In this document: positions 1-14,471 of the stretch, piece by piece
Layout: each line of letters opens with the position of its first letter
How positions within the stretch are numbered: the stretch's first letter is position 1
Origin: Mytilus californianus
Taxonomy: Eukaryota
DNA length: 64,000 nt
Direction: 5' to 3'
Assembly: GCF_021869535.1 (NCBI RefSeq)
Contig: NW_026262734.1
Span: forward strand, 23,746,001 to 23,810,000
The notes under the pieces: model-generated
The model's input: only the letters and a program-made list of their open reading frames with translations
What the model was told of the DNA's origin: nothing
Databases searched by the model: none
Made by a program: the position numbers and the translations under genes

Positions 1-59
1 TAACTATGCATACTACTTGCTTTAAAACATTGTTTTATAATAACATAAACTTATCTTAC

Positions 60-3000
60 CCGTTCGTTGTACTTGATTGATATTACATCTCCTTTAGTTA
101 AACAGGCAAAACTTCTCAACATGTTTCCTAATCTGTTGCTCAGTCAAGGATTTAATCAGAGAACTAATTGTCAAATTTTACTTGACCTCTAGATGGTATT
201 TATGGTTTTGTTAATCTATATTGCAATTTCCTATTATTCAATACATAATAACTTTTGTACCAAATTATGAATACATTTTATTGTAAAATATATCATGAAA
301 TGATATGAAAATCTCAAATACTGTTGGTATCAGTATGAAAGTTCTTGATAAATATATATTCATATGGTCATTTCCATTTTTGGAAAATAAGTTGGCTAAT
401 AGTTATTGGTACAGTTGCAATAAATCTTATATTTTGCTGCCATCAATCAATGAACAGAATGTTGCAAATTTCTAATTCTTTCCCGACTGTTTAAGCTACA
501 CCAGTAAACACAACATTCAACCATCTATTCTATAACAGAAAAAGGCTGAATAAAATATTAACTGAATGAGGCAAAATATAGACAGACTTCAAGTATGTAA
601 TACAGTCATTAGAGGGGAAGGGCTGAGCACACGTACAACTGGTTTGAACCCACCACATGTGTGCTTGTACCCCATCTGGCAATCTGGACAATACATGTTG
701 TTCATTGTTGTTTGTGTTTATCTTTAAGTGTGTTTTTCTGAATAGTCAGTTGTTGGTGATTGCTGGGATCTGTTGTGCTGTCCTAATGTTTTGGTAATTC
801 TCTTATGTATTACAGTGAAACCTGTCTTAATGCAACCTCCTCGGTTTTTGCAGATGTTCTGCTAAATCAGATTGACAAAATATAAAAATTTGATATGATT
901 GAACATATTGATTTTGATTTTGATTTTGCCATTTGATTAGGGACTTTCCGTTTTGAATTTTCCTCTGAGTTCAGTATTTTTGTGATTTAACGTTTTAGAC
1001 AGGTTTTCGGTTTATGCAAAAATCGGTTTAGACAGGTTTGACTGAATCATTTTATCTCACTCAAAAAATACCATTGAAAGAACATTATCTGATTACAGGT
1101 TATCATTTGCCACTCAATTCAAGGTAATATTTCATAAGTGTTTTCTTGTCCATATGATTGACGGATGTTTTATCAAAACCATTGGTGTGACATGTGAACA
1201 GAATATGCCTACCCTTACTGAGTACCTGATATCACCCCCAGAATTGGTGAGATTCCTGCTGCTCAGTCTTTTGTTTTCTATGTAGTGTTTAGTTGACCGT
1301 GATCTGTTTAATCACCCTCATTTTCATATGAGTCAATAGAATATATGTCAATCAATGTACTAATTGATGCATTATAGGAAGTCAATGTTAAAGGTGTTCT
1401 GATTGTTCAAGATGTCATTTGCAAGGATGCCGAGTGTAGGCAATGCAATTAACAAGGACTGAAGATGAAATTATAATTATGCTAAAGAGTGAATGAGCAA
1501 GAATACAGTCCAGTTATTATGATCTTTAATCAGATATTAGAGTTTCAATGGTATTTTTAAGTGTGGTGTGATTATTTGACTATACTTATTTATTTGTGTT
1601 TTTTGTGTTTAATGCAACTTTCAACTACTTTGGTTACATCATGGCAGCCAGTTTTTATTGGTGTAGTAACCCCATACCTTTTGCAAGAAAACTGTAAACA
1701 CAGCCAATCCCAGAGCATGGTTCGAACTCATAACTTAGGAGTTGACAGGTTTATGTTCACTGTAAATAAATTATTTAAACCACTTGGCAACTGTACAGCC
1801 CAACCCACCTCCAACCCGACTATACGTGTTACTCTATAAAAACTGCATATCTAATATTACCATTATTAAGTAGTAACATTTTACAAATATGTTTTGTAAA
1901 GAATACACAGCTTCGGGATATCTAATATCTAAGAAGTCAACAGACTGTGGCTGGAACTTTGTAAATGTGGCTACTTTCAAAGAAACATTCTCTACTTCCA
2001 CAAGATCACCTTCATTTAGTAACAGGTTCCTCATCATCTGAAAATAATTTAAAAATGGTTCAATAGATAAAACATTTTTCCCTATGAATGGACATTGGTT
2101 ATTCATCCAACACATTAAACAAATCTTTCTGAAGTTGGCTTCAATTACTAATTTACTACCATGTGTGTAACCCTATCATTAAACTGATAGATCCTTCCTT
2201 TGTCACGTACAAATTCCTAATACACCCTAATGTGTTTACCTGTTGATACATTGATCCAATAAGGTAAAATATTCTTCGTTCTTCTATCACTTACTTCCAA
2301 TACACCACGATGTGTATACATATTATGTATCCAGTGAGGTATTTAAATACAAACTCTCTAATACAATGTATGCGCCTGTTTGTATACTTACCCAATTAGG
2401 TATATAAATCCTTCCTTCATTAGCTACAAATTCTAATACACCACAATGTGTGTGTCTGGCTTGTTGATTGTTCCTCAGTTTAAACTGCATGGGGTATTGT
2501 ATACGTGAACGTGCTGTAAAATCACATTTTTCATTTTAGTTAGTGAATTATTTTGGTATGCATACACAGTATTAAACTGGGTGGTAAAAAGAGGAACATT
2601 AATTTGAAGTGTTGAAGTTCCTTTTATAAATCTCTCTAATTTGGAGTTTCAGCTTCAAAAATTCTTTTGAGTTAAGTATATGTGTTACTAGAGTACTTTC
2701 CATATGTAATTAGTGGTTTGCTTTTACAGTAGCCAGCATGTAGTGATACTTACTTAGTTGATCTAATGCAGAGGGAGGCATAATTACTGAAATGAAAAAC
2801 ACATTGAATTATGAGTAAACAGGTGAGATTTAAAATATATATATAATGTTCTCATTCAAACTTACGTCATGAAGCTTTCACATTGTCTTTATTATGTCTC
2901 TTTTTATTTCCATTTTGAATTCAGATTGTTGATGTAAGGTTTTGGCTGTTTCTGTAGAATTTATTCAAAACTACTTTGGTGCATATTTAGGGTATGATTT

Positions 3001-5347
3001 GATTTTTTATTAATAACTATATTTGAGAGATTTAGACCTTGTACTAGTGTTGTTAATTGTTCAATGTTAAAAATAGAATAAGGATCTGTTGTTTTTTTTG
3101 GGGTTAATTTGTGCTTTTATATATACACTCTAAATCTCCTTTAATTCATTCCAATTTAATACATCAAGACTTAATGAATAAGAAACATAAATCCATTGTC
3201 ATATACTACTTTTCTGGAATCATATGAAATGTTTGAGATAAATGTTTGAGATAACTGTTTGAGCAATGAAAATAACAACTGCTTATCAATATTTCTGGTT
3301 GTCCTCCAAATTTGTCCTTTAATATGGTTCGGAAACACAGTTATCATCCTTTGATTGTTTGTTGTTGTCTACAAATACAGTCTCTAGTGTGGACAGTGTA
3401 TAACTTGCAAATATTTTTCATACACCTTCCAAAAATTAATTTCTTTGTATTTTAAACCTTTATACTTTATACATCAAATAGTAAGTAGAGGGATGAAATT
3501 ACATGTAATAAAATGGGGGTCATGAATTTTAAGGTAAAATAGTGATTTAGTCATGTTGGTCCAGTTAAAAAAGTTTAAAATTATAGTAGGTCTGAAGCTG
3601 TCAAATTGAATTGTTGTCCATATTTTGAGTTAGAGCTGACGAAAATTTCTATAATTTGTCCAAAAAGTAGTACACTACACTGTAAAAATCTTTTTGAGAT
3701 AAAACAGGTCCTATTTTTTTTAATTTGTGTTTATTGTCTAAACAAATGCGCTACAAAATAAATGTGTTCTTGGGTCAAAATAACAATAGGAATGATGGTT
3801 ACCAAAGCTTTTTAATCTTACTTTCTCCACCTCTCTCAACATCTTCTCTGTTATCTAACATGGTCACAGAATAACATCTGTATGTCTGTTTAAATCTACA
3901 AAGACCTCCGCCCAATTCAGGCCCAAAAATGTTACCTCCAAATCTACCAAACTAGAAAATACAAAATTATTGCTACTAAATCTGTTCTACATTCTATAGA
4001 TTATGAAATTTATGAGATTTTTTAACATTATCATCCTTGATAATATCATCAACTATAAGTTATGTATTATTGTCATATTAATTAGATGTTAATCATTGTT
4101 TTTTTTTATATTTTGCTGTGGTTTCTTTTTCTATTAGCCACATTCTTATTCAGGTTTTCTCTGGATTTGATGGATAACTTGCTCTATCTATCATGTCTGT
4201 CTACATTGTATCTGACATCATCTGAAATTTTATATAATAAAAATCTTTTGTACAATCAGTTTGACAAAATGTTGGCATGTTTCTCTTGTTTTCCTATTTC
4301 AACGTGTTTAAAGATTTTTCTATATATATTGATAGTCAGGATGACTAGATACTGTCCTAGTACATATATTATCATGATTATCCAGTTGTCAGTAATGGTT
4401 TTATACAAGGGATGTCAACTCTGTGAAGAGTTAGTTATGAAGTACTTCTCGATTTTACCAAACTATATTTTTTTTACAATATAAGAACACAATTATACAC
4501 ATTTAATGCTGTGTGGGCTCTACATTATTACCTAGTATTATAAACCATAATTAGCAGCTCATTTATAATTGTACTTATTAAGTAAAAACAATTCATCTAA
4601 TCTAATTCATAATTTGGTAAGTACATATATGAATATAAATTATTACCCTTACTACACAGTCAAACTGGTCAAGCAAAATTAACATTTTGTAATCTTAAAG
4701 AAACCACATTTACATATTCATGATATTGAGGAATCATTGGTGTTTTCTGAAAGAAAATTAACTGGAAAGAAAGATACAATGTTTCAACAGGAAACCAATA
4801 AGTCGAGTATCATTTCGGTATTCGAAAGTCAGAACTAACGAGCGATACTAGAGTACTCGAGTACATGTTTACATCCCTAGTTTATACAAACAGGGTGAAT
4901 TGTACCAATATCTCAAAAGGTCTGTCAATGTAAACATCTTGTTAAAAAAGATTTCACCGATAAACATTGCATGAAAATAATTTCCTTACTTTTTGATGTT
5001 AATTGCTCAAACTTTTACATTACAACTCATTATATGACTCTTAATTAATAAATAAATCATTAAAACAGAATTGTTTCACCTCAGTGAACTGATCACAAAT
5101 TTAACATATACTGATGACTACGACACAAGAAATAGTATGCCTAAACGGCTCTTACAAAAAATGTTTCTCTTATTTTCTGAAATTTTGGTGGTTTAATACA
5201 ATAGGCAATGTTATTGAGCAATAAATGTATATTATTAATTATTAGTGCGCAGTTTGTATCAATTTAGATTTGTACATAAATTTATAAAACAATTGTCATT
5301 TCTGAACTATCAACTTTAAGTATATGATAATATTTTATAATTACCAT
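60..5347 (-). CDS. Diverged UFD1 paralog, exons 1-6 only in window (partial; could be a pseudogene)
   Basis: Exons 5345-5347 (ATG), 3822-3951, 2754-2786, 2392-2513, 1907-2037, 60-132. Same sizes and phases as UFD1, no stop or frameshift, intact GT-AG sites; introns are colinear with 26370-35793. Confidence 0.88.
813..1044. mobile_element. Tc1/pogo-like MITE (paralog copy)
   Basis: TA-CAGTGAAACCTGTCT...AGACAGGTTTGACTG; same intron position as 27233-27409. Confidence 0.75.
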
Positions 5348-5533
5348 TTCTGTATTATTTGTTTCCTTTGGATTTATCAGTGTAATTTTCTATATTCAAC
5401 AAAATGACTCGGTTCAACTTAAATCGAAAGTAAATAACCAGTGCGAATTATTACCGGGTTTAAATGGCCATACGCTTCAAGTTACAATGGGGTTAATCTG
5501 TTAAAGTCTTCTCATTGGTAAATATTAGATGAA

Positions 5534-5977
5534 TAAAGGGAAAACGGTACTATTTATTCTGCCATAGGCGACAATACTAACATTTTCTAAATTTACCACT
5601 TTTTATAATAAAAACCTGGATAAAACAGTTATGTGTGGTGTTAGTACTTTATTATTCTGTTTTAAAAATTGAAGCCAAATAGTATCATGACCAACTTCCA
5701 ACGGAGCTTGTTTATGTTATCCATGCCCACCGTCATTTTACACCAAATTTATGAAATTTTGGAAGTCTTTTCCAATAATTCTCAAGAAAATATTTCAATA
5801 GGTTTCAAAATTTATATTGTAAATAAACACACTGCGGTTATTCATAGATAAATAAAAAAATATATTGTACCCTTACATTCGATCACAGCGCTCCTAAGTT
5901 GACTTCCTTCACCTGCCTTGGGTATACAAAAGGCCAACCTAATGCTGGGAAAATGTAATAGTTCCGTTTTCTCTATA
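5534..5977. mobile_element. About 444-bp MITE, copy 1
   Basis: Ends AGGGAAAACGGTACTATT...AATAGTTCCGTTTTCTCTATA; near-identical to 7177-7620. Confidence 0.85.
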
Positions 5978-7176
5978 CTGTGACATAAAGATATAAAGAA
6001 TTTTTATGACACCAATAATGCAATACTGGGTTATTGTGAAAACCTTGGCTATAATAAATACTTGTATGTCCCCATTACTTAAAGGACTATTGATCATTTT
6101 ATGTCCTCACCCCTACATGCTGGTTTACCTCTTTCTCTACTTCTTTAAGATAAGGCTTAACAAACAACCTGTATCCAATCATATCTTATATTATTTAAAA
6201 AGAATAACAAACAGTTCCATTTAAACAGAAAAAAAATGACAGTTCCATTCAATTTGTATTAATTTTATCCAAAATTTACATCATAAGCACAAATTCAAGA
6301 TTTTTCATACTAATCTCCATTCCATGCTTTAGTATATGCCATATTGTAGTTCAAAATTTCAGAGCTTGTTATAAAATCTATTATTCTGTCTTGAGATGAT
6401 AAAAACAAAGATATTAGACACTTAAAACATTAAATATGCAAAATACTCAGCTGTAAAGTTGCCTATGTTGCCTGTATTAATCTATGAAAAAGCTGAATTA
6501 TGTCCCTTGGGAGTATTAATTTCCAACAAAGGTCCTTTCAAACAGTAGAAAATGAAAAATTATATATGCCTGTTATAATCAAAGTTAGAAACTACAAAAT
6601 GAAGCACTATTGAAATATTTGCTGCATGAATTGCCAAGAATGTGAACAATTCTTTACACAGGAGAGTATAAAGTCTATCTAAATTTAGCCTGAAGTGGGC
6701 CTCTATTTTTCTTAGATGGACAATTTTAACACTAAAAATGCTTCTAGTATGACCAAATATTGTCTTACTACATAAACAGTACAAACTTAACCAGACAATT
6801 TCCTATTTTAATAAATTATGTCTAGAGAAATACCCAAGTGATACATTTAGGGATTTACACAACAAAAAAAGCAAATATTTCAGTTAAAAATATTTGTCGC
6901 GACTCGAATTCTGGTGTTTCCAATTAAATTAATCATTTTGAAAGGTGAAAACAAATACAAAAGAACTATAGTTTGGTGCATTTTATACAATATAGTTAAT
7001 ATTGAAATCCTAGAATAAAGTTTTATATCAGTACCCATCAATTTGACTTATTATAATGACTCAGCACTTTTCTCAACACAGTATTGTTCTCAGTAAAAAA
7101 TTTCTATTCTTTGTGATAAAAATCAAATGCACTAATCAAAAGCTTGATTGATTTTGATTTCCCTTGCTATCTTCGG

Positions 7177-7620
7177 TATAGGGAAGCGGTACTATTTATT
7201 CTGCCATAGGCGACAATACTAACATTTTCTAAATTTACCACTTTTTATAATAAAAACCTGTATAAAACAGTAATGTGTGGTGTTAGTACTTTATCATTCT
7301 GTTTCAAAAATTGAAGCCAAATAGTATCATGACCAACTTCCAACGGAGCTTGTTTATGTTATCCATGCCCACCGTCATTTTACACCAAATTTATTAAATT
7401 TTGGAAGTCTTTTCCGAAAAATTCTCTAGAAAATATTTCAAGAGGTTTCAAAATTTATATTGTAAATATACACACTGCGGTTATTCATAGACAAATAAAA
7501 AAATATATTGTACCCTTACATCCAATCACAGCGCTCCTAAGTTGACTTCCTTCACCTGCCTTGGGTACACAAAAGGCCAACCTAATGCTGGGAAAATGTA
7601 ATAGTACCGTTTTCCCTATA
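7177..7620. mobile_element. About 444-bp MITE, copy 2
   Basis: TATAGGGAAGCGGTACTATT...AATAGTACCGTTTTCCCTATA inverted ends. Confidence 0.85.
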
Positions 7621-8712
7621 AGGCTTTCTTAACGTCTAAAAGCAACAGTGGTCAACAGTCTAATCATCTCCGATCAGGACAGTCATCGGATAGTACGTCC
7701 ACGACTGGCACTTACAATTAAATATTATATGAATGATCTGTGATTAACTCTTTTTAATAAAGAAATTAACGATTTGCTCCCATAAAAAACTTAATTATCG
7801 TAGTTATAGGTCGAGTAATCTCGCCTACCATCCTCTTAAACGATTTCTGTTTGAAAAACAGAAAATTTATATCATTCTCTTTTTCCTACTTCACCTGAAT
7901 GAATAATGATAATAAGAAAGAATAATGTTTGTATATTTAATTAGGACAAGCTTGTATAGATTTGGGGCTCAAGCCCTAAAAATATATTCACAAGATATTC
8001 ATGTAAAGCAACATCAGATGAAGTAAAATAAGAAATCCGATGCAAATTCAGGTATATTTCTATAAACACCTTTTTAGCTCTATCTGAATATTTTTGGGCA
8101 AATGACCACCAAAACATAATATGTTTTTCGGTTGATAGGAGTTACACCACCATGTCGTTATCTGTTCTCTGTTTTGGAGCATATACACGTGTCCCAAAAC
8201 TTGTTCCAGTTGTTAAAGGTGATAAAATGTCGTCAGGTGTTAAACGAACATTTCTTCATATCTGCTCTGTATTTTGAACAATGGCATAACATCCTACACG
8301 TATATAACTTTTTTTCGTTATAACTAAGAGATTGAATTTAAAGTTTGGCACATCAACCTGCTTCTCGTAAGGAAACTCAAATTAAAAAAAAAACGTCTTT
8401 AAGTGAGTAGAACGGACTAAAAATTATGTATGTTAAGGTTAGAATTAAGAGAAATTAATTTTACAAAAACGATAAGATATGTTGTTGAAATATTTTACTA
8501 TTTATTATCCATTTTAAGATAAGGTTCTATCGAATTTTGTACTTAAATGTTCGTTTCTTCCTCTGTCCATTCCCATAAAATGGTTAATTCTAGGACCAAG
8601 GTCCGTTTGCTTAGTGAAGTTTTACGAAATTGTTAAATTTTTGCTGAATATTTATAGAATTTTGTTGATATATTTTGCTGAACTTTTCTAGTCAAGCTGT
8701 ATACAGATATAT

Positions 8713-8830
8713 AGATTCTACACTATCAAGTGTAATACGATATTTATCCACTCTAGACAGTTAAATATCTAAAATTAAACTGTCGAGAGTGGATAAATAT
8801 CGTTTTACACGAGATTTGGTGGTGGAATCT
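8713..8830. repeat. Long imperfect palindrome
   Basis: GTGTAATACGATATTTATCCACTCTAGACAGTT / AACTGTCGAGAGTGGATAAATATCGTTTTACAC. Confidence 0.85.
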
Positions 8831-11800
8831 GTTTCTCTAATAATTTATAGATGATATACAGACAATTTTAATCCTTCTTTTCGATTGGTTTGCAAAAAGA
8901 TGTGTTCTTTCTATGTGACGTTATCAGGCAAGGTCGCCTTTTTTCATGACTTCACCATGCGAAATTCAGAAGAAAGCAAGAAAGTTTGACGTCATAATCG
9001 AATTTTGACCAATGAAGAACTGAGATCAAACGGACCATACGTTGTTAGATAAAAATAATCAACGGGTCAGGAAAAGCATAAATCGGGTCAGAATTAGAAA
9101 AACGGAAATATTTCAATGACCTATATAGTATACAGCCATTAAAAACTGTTTTGGCATTTAGCGGTATAGCAACATTTGTAACCATGCATTACAATGAATT
9201 GTCCAAGAAAAATACTTTAAAATAAAAAAAAATCGAATACATATATTATTTTAATCTTTTTATCTAAAATTAGTATGATAGAGAACATGCAGTAAACTCC
9301 CTCCAACTACCTCGACAACTATAACTGGTATACATTGATCATCGTACGTCATTTAGAATAATTGTGCACTACAAAATATTGACAGTTTTATATATAGCTA
9401 CCTACGAATAGTTCAGTGGTAGAGCTTTTCTAGAAAAAGGTAAAAAAACAAAAATACCGAACTCCGAGGAAAATTATAAACGGAAAGTCCCTAAGCAAAT
9501 GTCAAAATCAAAAGCTCAAACACACCAAACGAATGGATAACAACTGTCATATTCCTGACTTGGTACATGCATTTTCTTATGCAGAAAATGGTGGATTAAA
9601 CCTGGTTTTATAGCTAGCTAAACCTCTCACTTGTATGACAGTCGTAAAAAATTCAATTATATTGACAACGATGTGTGAACAAAACAAAAAGACATAATAA
9701 GTAAAAATGTCAAAAATAGGGGTACGGCAGTCTACATTGTTTTATAATCTTAATCACTATAAAAACAAACAAATATGTCAACAAAGAAAAACATAGAACA
9801 GTTTAGAATATTCCTGTTACAGATTATTATGTCAGTTTTGAAGTAAGTGTGAACCGATCCAAAATGTAATTGTCCAATGTATTGCATTGACTTAATAACA
9901 TGGTTTTGCTGTTCATTCTAAATAATGTATTTACCCAGATTGTTTAATTATTTACAATTTGTGTGGATTACTATAAAGATATGGTTGTACCCAATGTTAT
10001 TATTTGTACGGGATACGTTCTTAATACATATATTTTTTGTCAACAAGTATTATAAAAAAATATCGGTGATTCAAATTATGAAGAATGTTATTTGAGTACT
10101 GAATAAAATGAAAATTAAGATTTAATAACCCTTACAAAATATGATGTGTAAGCCATATTTAAATATTCTTAAGTTATACTCACTTTAAATTGTTGTACCT
10201 ACCACATGTGTCACATACTCTATTTACAAAGTTTTTAAAATATTTTTGTGGATTGACTATTCATTTCATAACTAATTTGTACCTTTTCTCTGATGCAGCA
10301 TATCCATAGTAAATGATAAAATGTCCAGTTGAGATACGATGACCCAATTTTAAAATTGTAAAATTCGGAATTTTGCAACAAAAACATCAGTTCAGCGATA
10401 CAGGCCTAATTTATATGTATGATTATGTGTTTTGTGTCAACCCCTATAACAAATTAAGTTTTCAAAAATAACACTTCCGCCCGCCCTGAGCAAGCAAATA
10501 TTATTTTTGTAATAAATGTACCCCCGTCGACCACAAGGTACACATATTATCACACTCGATGCAGTAGTAGAATCTTTATGTATACTCTAACTATGCATGG
10601 AATAATGTTCCTGTCAACCCTTCACATCAATTCACAGTAAACATTATGTTATTGTAAAATCTTACTGTCCTTGTTCAGAAGTGTTTGGCCTATTACGATA
10701 CCCAATTGCAGAATGTATTCATATCTACAAACTAATCAACTGATAAAACAGCTTAGCGAATTGCTAGAGTAAATGTGTGTTAGTGTGGAGTGAGTGCATG
10801 GAAATAAAAATGATGCTTACCATCTAAGTCCAGTTAATTAATATCTGTGTCATGGAATTGAAATAAATTAATCACCTTCTGGATAAGCACTGTAATAATG
10901 TCACTCCTCTTATTGTTTAGCGCAAAGAACAGACCTCTTCGTATCTAGATGGAGGGGTTACTCAATATCATGTACAGTCTAGAATCAAGGACATAACATG
11001 ATCCGGCTTGTCAAAAATTGCATCATTGAGGTTTACATCTTTTAACAACTTAGCCATATAGAAGTTTCAAAAATGGACTTATTACTCATTTTTAAGCGGC
11101 ACATTAGACCAAAAAGTGTTTCCTATCTTAAATATCATTTTCACATAATAAGCAGGTTAAATCATACTTTTTAATGAATTTGAAGTTGATAGGTAGCAAT
11201 CATGTCTGCATTTTATGCTTGCCCTTGGAATTGAGGACTGTTCCAATTTTGCTCTTTGTCATACGTGTGGATTGTTGAACATTAATTGATTAATGTTAAA
11301 GTTCCTTGTCTAGATTTGGCTTTACTGTATACCCTTTTTGGTTTGATCAGCTCTTCAAAAAAGAGGCAAAGGGTACCAAAGAGATATCCAACATTTTGTT
11401 TAACGTTTGTATTAATTTTCGGATCTTCAAATATTTTTGGCATAGGGCAACACTGAAGAATAAATAAAGGAACAAATCAGCAAAATGAGAAGCACAATAA
11501 GTTCCAATAGGAATGCAAAATGTTTGTTGAAAGGATGTAAGTAATTAGCCAATGTAATCAAAACTCCGGTGTCATTACTGTACGATATAGATGTACTCGC
11601 GGGGGAAAGGGGAGTGACCCATTATGCAATACCGGTACGTTCGAACCTGTGATAGAGGTAAACTGGCTTTTTGCATCAAAGTCCATTTTAAAATACTTTC
11701 TACAATTAATTAAACAGTAATGTTTGTGTAAATAAGCTTAAGGACATACACCATTGAATAGTCAATATAAAATTCATCAATTGCACAAGTGCAACACGTT

Positions 11801-14402
11801 AACTGTTGTCCTTGACACAGATAGAAATGGAATGAGTTTGATGGGTATGAAGTTAATTGCGGGCAATACGGCTTCTACCACCAATTAAAACTTACCATCA
11901 GGAAATAGCCAGCAGTGCTCAAGGTAGCATTAAAACACCAATCAATCAAATTACCTTAAAATTAAGTACAATGTGTTATGATTATTTGGAAACCACTTGA
12001 CTAAATCTACTAAATGAAAATACAATAAAAATTCAGGTCAAGTCCCAGTTTGATGGCTTTCTTTTCAGAATTATGCCTTTCGTTACCATAAAAATTGATA
12101 TTTCTTTGGTTTAAGGGCGGTACCTCTTAACCAAATCTTTTGAAATTTGAACACAATGTCTTAGATCATAAAAGTACTGATTAAGTTCAGTATAATGATT
12201 TTGACAATTAAATTATTCACCTTACTTACCTTAAAACTAATATTTGTTTTTGGTGTCAATGTGTTAATAAAAGTATTTTTTTATGCCCCCGTCGCAGCGA
12301 AGGGGGCATTTAGTGTTACCCTTATACACAATGTTCATTATCACAAAACACAGGTCAAAATTGAATTTGTGTGGCGACACTTTTACCATTCTAGATTCAT
12401 GTCCCTTTATTAGTTTATATGCAAGCGAGTGCATCATATGTGTCCCATGGACACACTCTCCAAATATTCATATGTTAAGGTAGTGTGGGAGGCTTCCCCA
12501 ATCTTGGATTGTTAATCAGAAAACAATAGGTATAGAATTTTAATCAAGTAAGCAATCTTCAATGCAGTAATGCAATTTACTTATAAGAATTTTCGTTTTA
12601 ATGAACAATTGTATGTGCTTTTATCTTATAATTACTAAAAATTTTACAAAAGTGGAATATTTTTTATTGATTTCAAATTGTGTTACCCTATTGTTTCAGA
12701 AATTGTATAATCTATGAAGGAATCTACAGGATTGTTTTCTATTTCATGTTTGATCTGATTAATATATACAAAATGTGTCATTTTTTACAACCCATACCTT
12801 GAAAATAGCTCGTTAACCTATCATGTTTATAATATTTTTTGAAAAAGTCGAAAACAAACTGCCAATGCCATGGCAAAAATGATAAACGACTGAAAAGACA
12901 AACAATAGTACAAAAAGCACAACACTGAGCAACACAAACACCACTAAAAACCAGGGGAGGTCTCATGTGCTCAGAAATGGTAAGCAGATCCATCATGTTG
13001 CTCATGTAAGTACCAAATCAGTGATAAGTCTAATTGAACATTCTATATTTTCACAAAGTATGAAAAAAAACTATCAGTTTATCGTTTCAAATCCCATAGC
13101 GCCTTAAAACCGAGTTATGAAATATGAAATGCAGGTCAGGTTCAATTCGAATTTTCATTTCTCATTTCTTATTTTCAGACCAGGGTTATATGGGTTCCTA
13201 GAACACCAAATTCTAATATCAGATGACCTAAAATTGTTATTCAATTTGACTTAATATTTAGTATTTTTTTCATTAATAATGTTCTTAAAAATTGATTGAA
13301 ATGGAATCATCTTTTATGACAATTGTTTTTGTGAAGCAGTTTGAGGAAATCTGGCTAAATACTTTCTTCTGTATAATGTTAGTGCAGTGTTTGTTGTCCA
13401 TAAATGTACACAACAACACACTCAATGGACAGTAACCAAACGTCAGTTGTAAATATAGCTCACAAATTCATACAGCCCTTCCCCATGTTTTATGAATATT
13501 GAAAAATCTGTGTATTGTTAGTCTATGAGAAACTGAAAACTCATGATATTGCCATCATGTAAGTAATAAAAAGATGCTGTTAAAGTTAAACTAAAATGTA
13601 GCCAGTGACTTCAGATGAATTGCATTCACAATATGCATTTTCCAATTTGATATGGAAAAGTCTCTGTGTTGTTAAGGGGAACCAAAAGTAAATCATTTGA
13701 ATCAATAATTATACATGGAATGCACAATGCAATATTGTAGGATGATTTGCACATGTTTTATTGAAATCTACATGTGCTTTAGGAGAAATTGTAGATAAAG
13801 ATGCTTTCCACTTTTTGAAAATATGCCAAAGTCCCATGGAAACCCCAAATAACACTTGACAACTCGGTTTAAGGAGAAGATGCAGACAAACCTGCCTTTT
13901 TGTACACAGCAATGTCTATGTTTTACTATGGGAATCATAATGAGTAGTTCAAAACAAAACATAAAATAGGTGATCAATATCACTAGATACATGATATTAA
14001 GATTCTCCATAAGTTATGATATATAAACAAGTATGCAAATCTGTACCAAACGGATTGATCATCTAGAACATACGCTATATCACTGTCACATGTGAAGATA
14101 TTCATGAGTTACTTCTGGGCATGAAGATATGTTATTACAAACACACTAGAGACTGTACATAAAATTTTAATCTTGTATTTTTTAACATATTGCAAATTGA
14201 CACAAGCAGATTATTTCTGCTAATATATTCCTATTGTCTTTAATCCTCTTATTAGGTCTATATGTACATGTGTCACGGTATATTCCAAGACAGATATGTC
14301 AAAGAAGTACAATAGTTCTTTCTAACGAAAAATAAATAAATAAACGTCCACTGCACATCTTTGGCCAGTTCTGCATTCCAAAGTCAGATTAAAATAAACC
14401 TT

Positions 14403-14471
14403 TCATTTCCTTTCTTTCTTCCTTAACATTTGACCTGAACCTGAAAAGGCTTCAAAATCTTTTTCCTCCTC
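14403..14471 (-). CDS. UFD1: UFD1 exon 12 ([22 protein letters not shown])
   Basis: CAG acceptor, second SHP-box-like AFSG motif, TGA at 14403-14405. Confidence 0.93.
   Translation of the reverse strand, partial: EEEKDFEAFSGSGQMLRKKERK

Larger units (their letters stand above)
1..5453. repeat. Segmental duplicate of about 26370-35793 (5' half of UFD1)
   Basis: Colinear exons and introns with shared MITE/SINE insertions; homology ends after AAATCGAAAGTAAATAACCAGTG at about 5453 / 35793. Confidence 0.95.

Noticed and set aside
1-5453. Uncollapsed allelic haplotype rather than a paralog
   Set aside because: 13 amino-acid changes in a highly conserved protein, about 20 synonymous changes, different TE insertions and a different upstream region seem too much for alleles. 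Not fully excluded without read depth.
7621-14400. A further gene between the two UFD1 copies
   Set aside because: I found only repeat fragments and no chain of phase-consistent exons; a weakly conserved gene cannot be excluded by eye.
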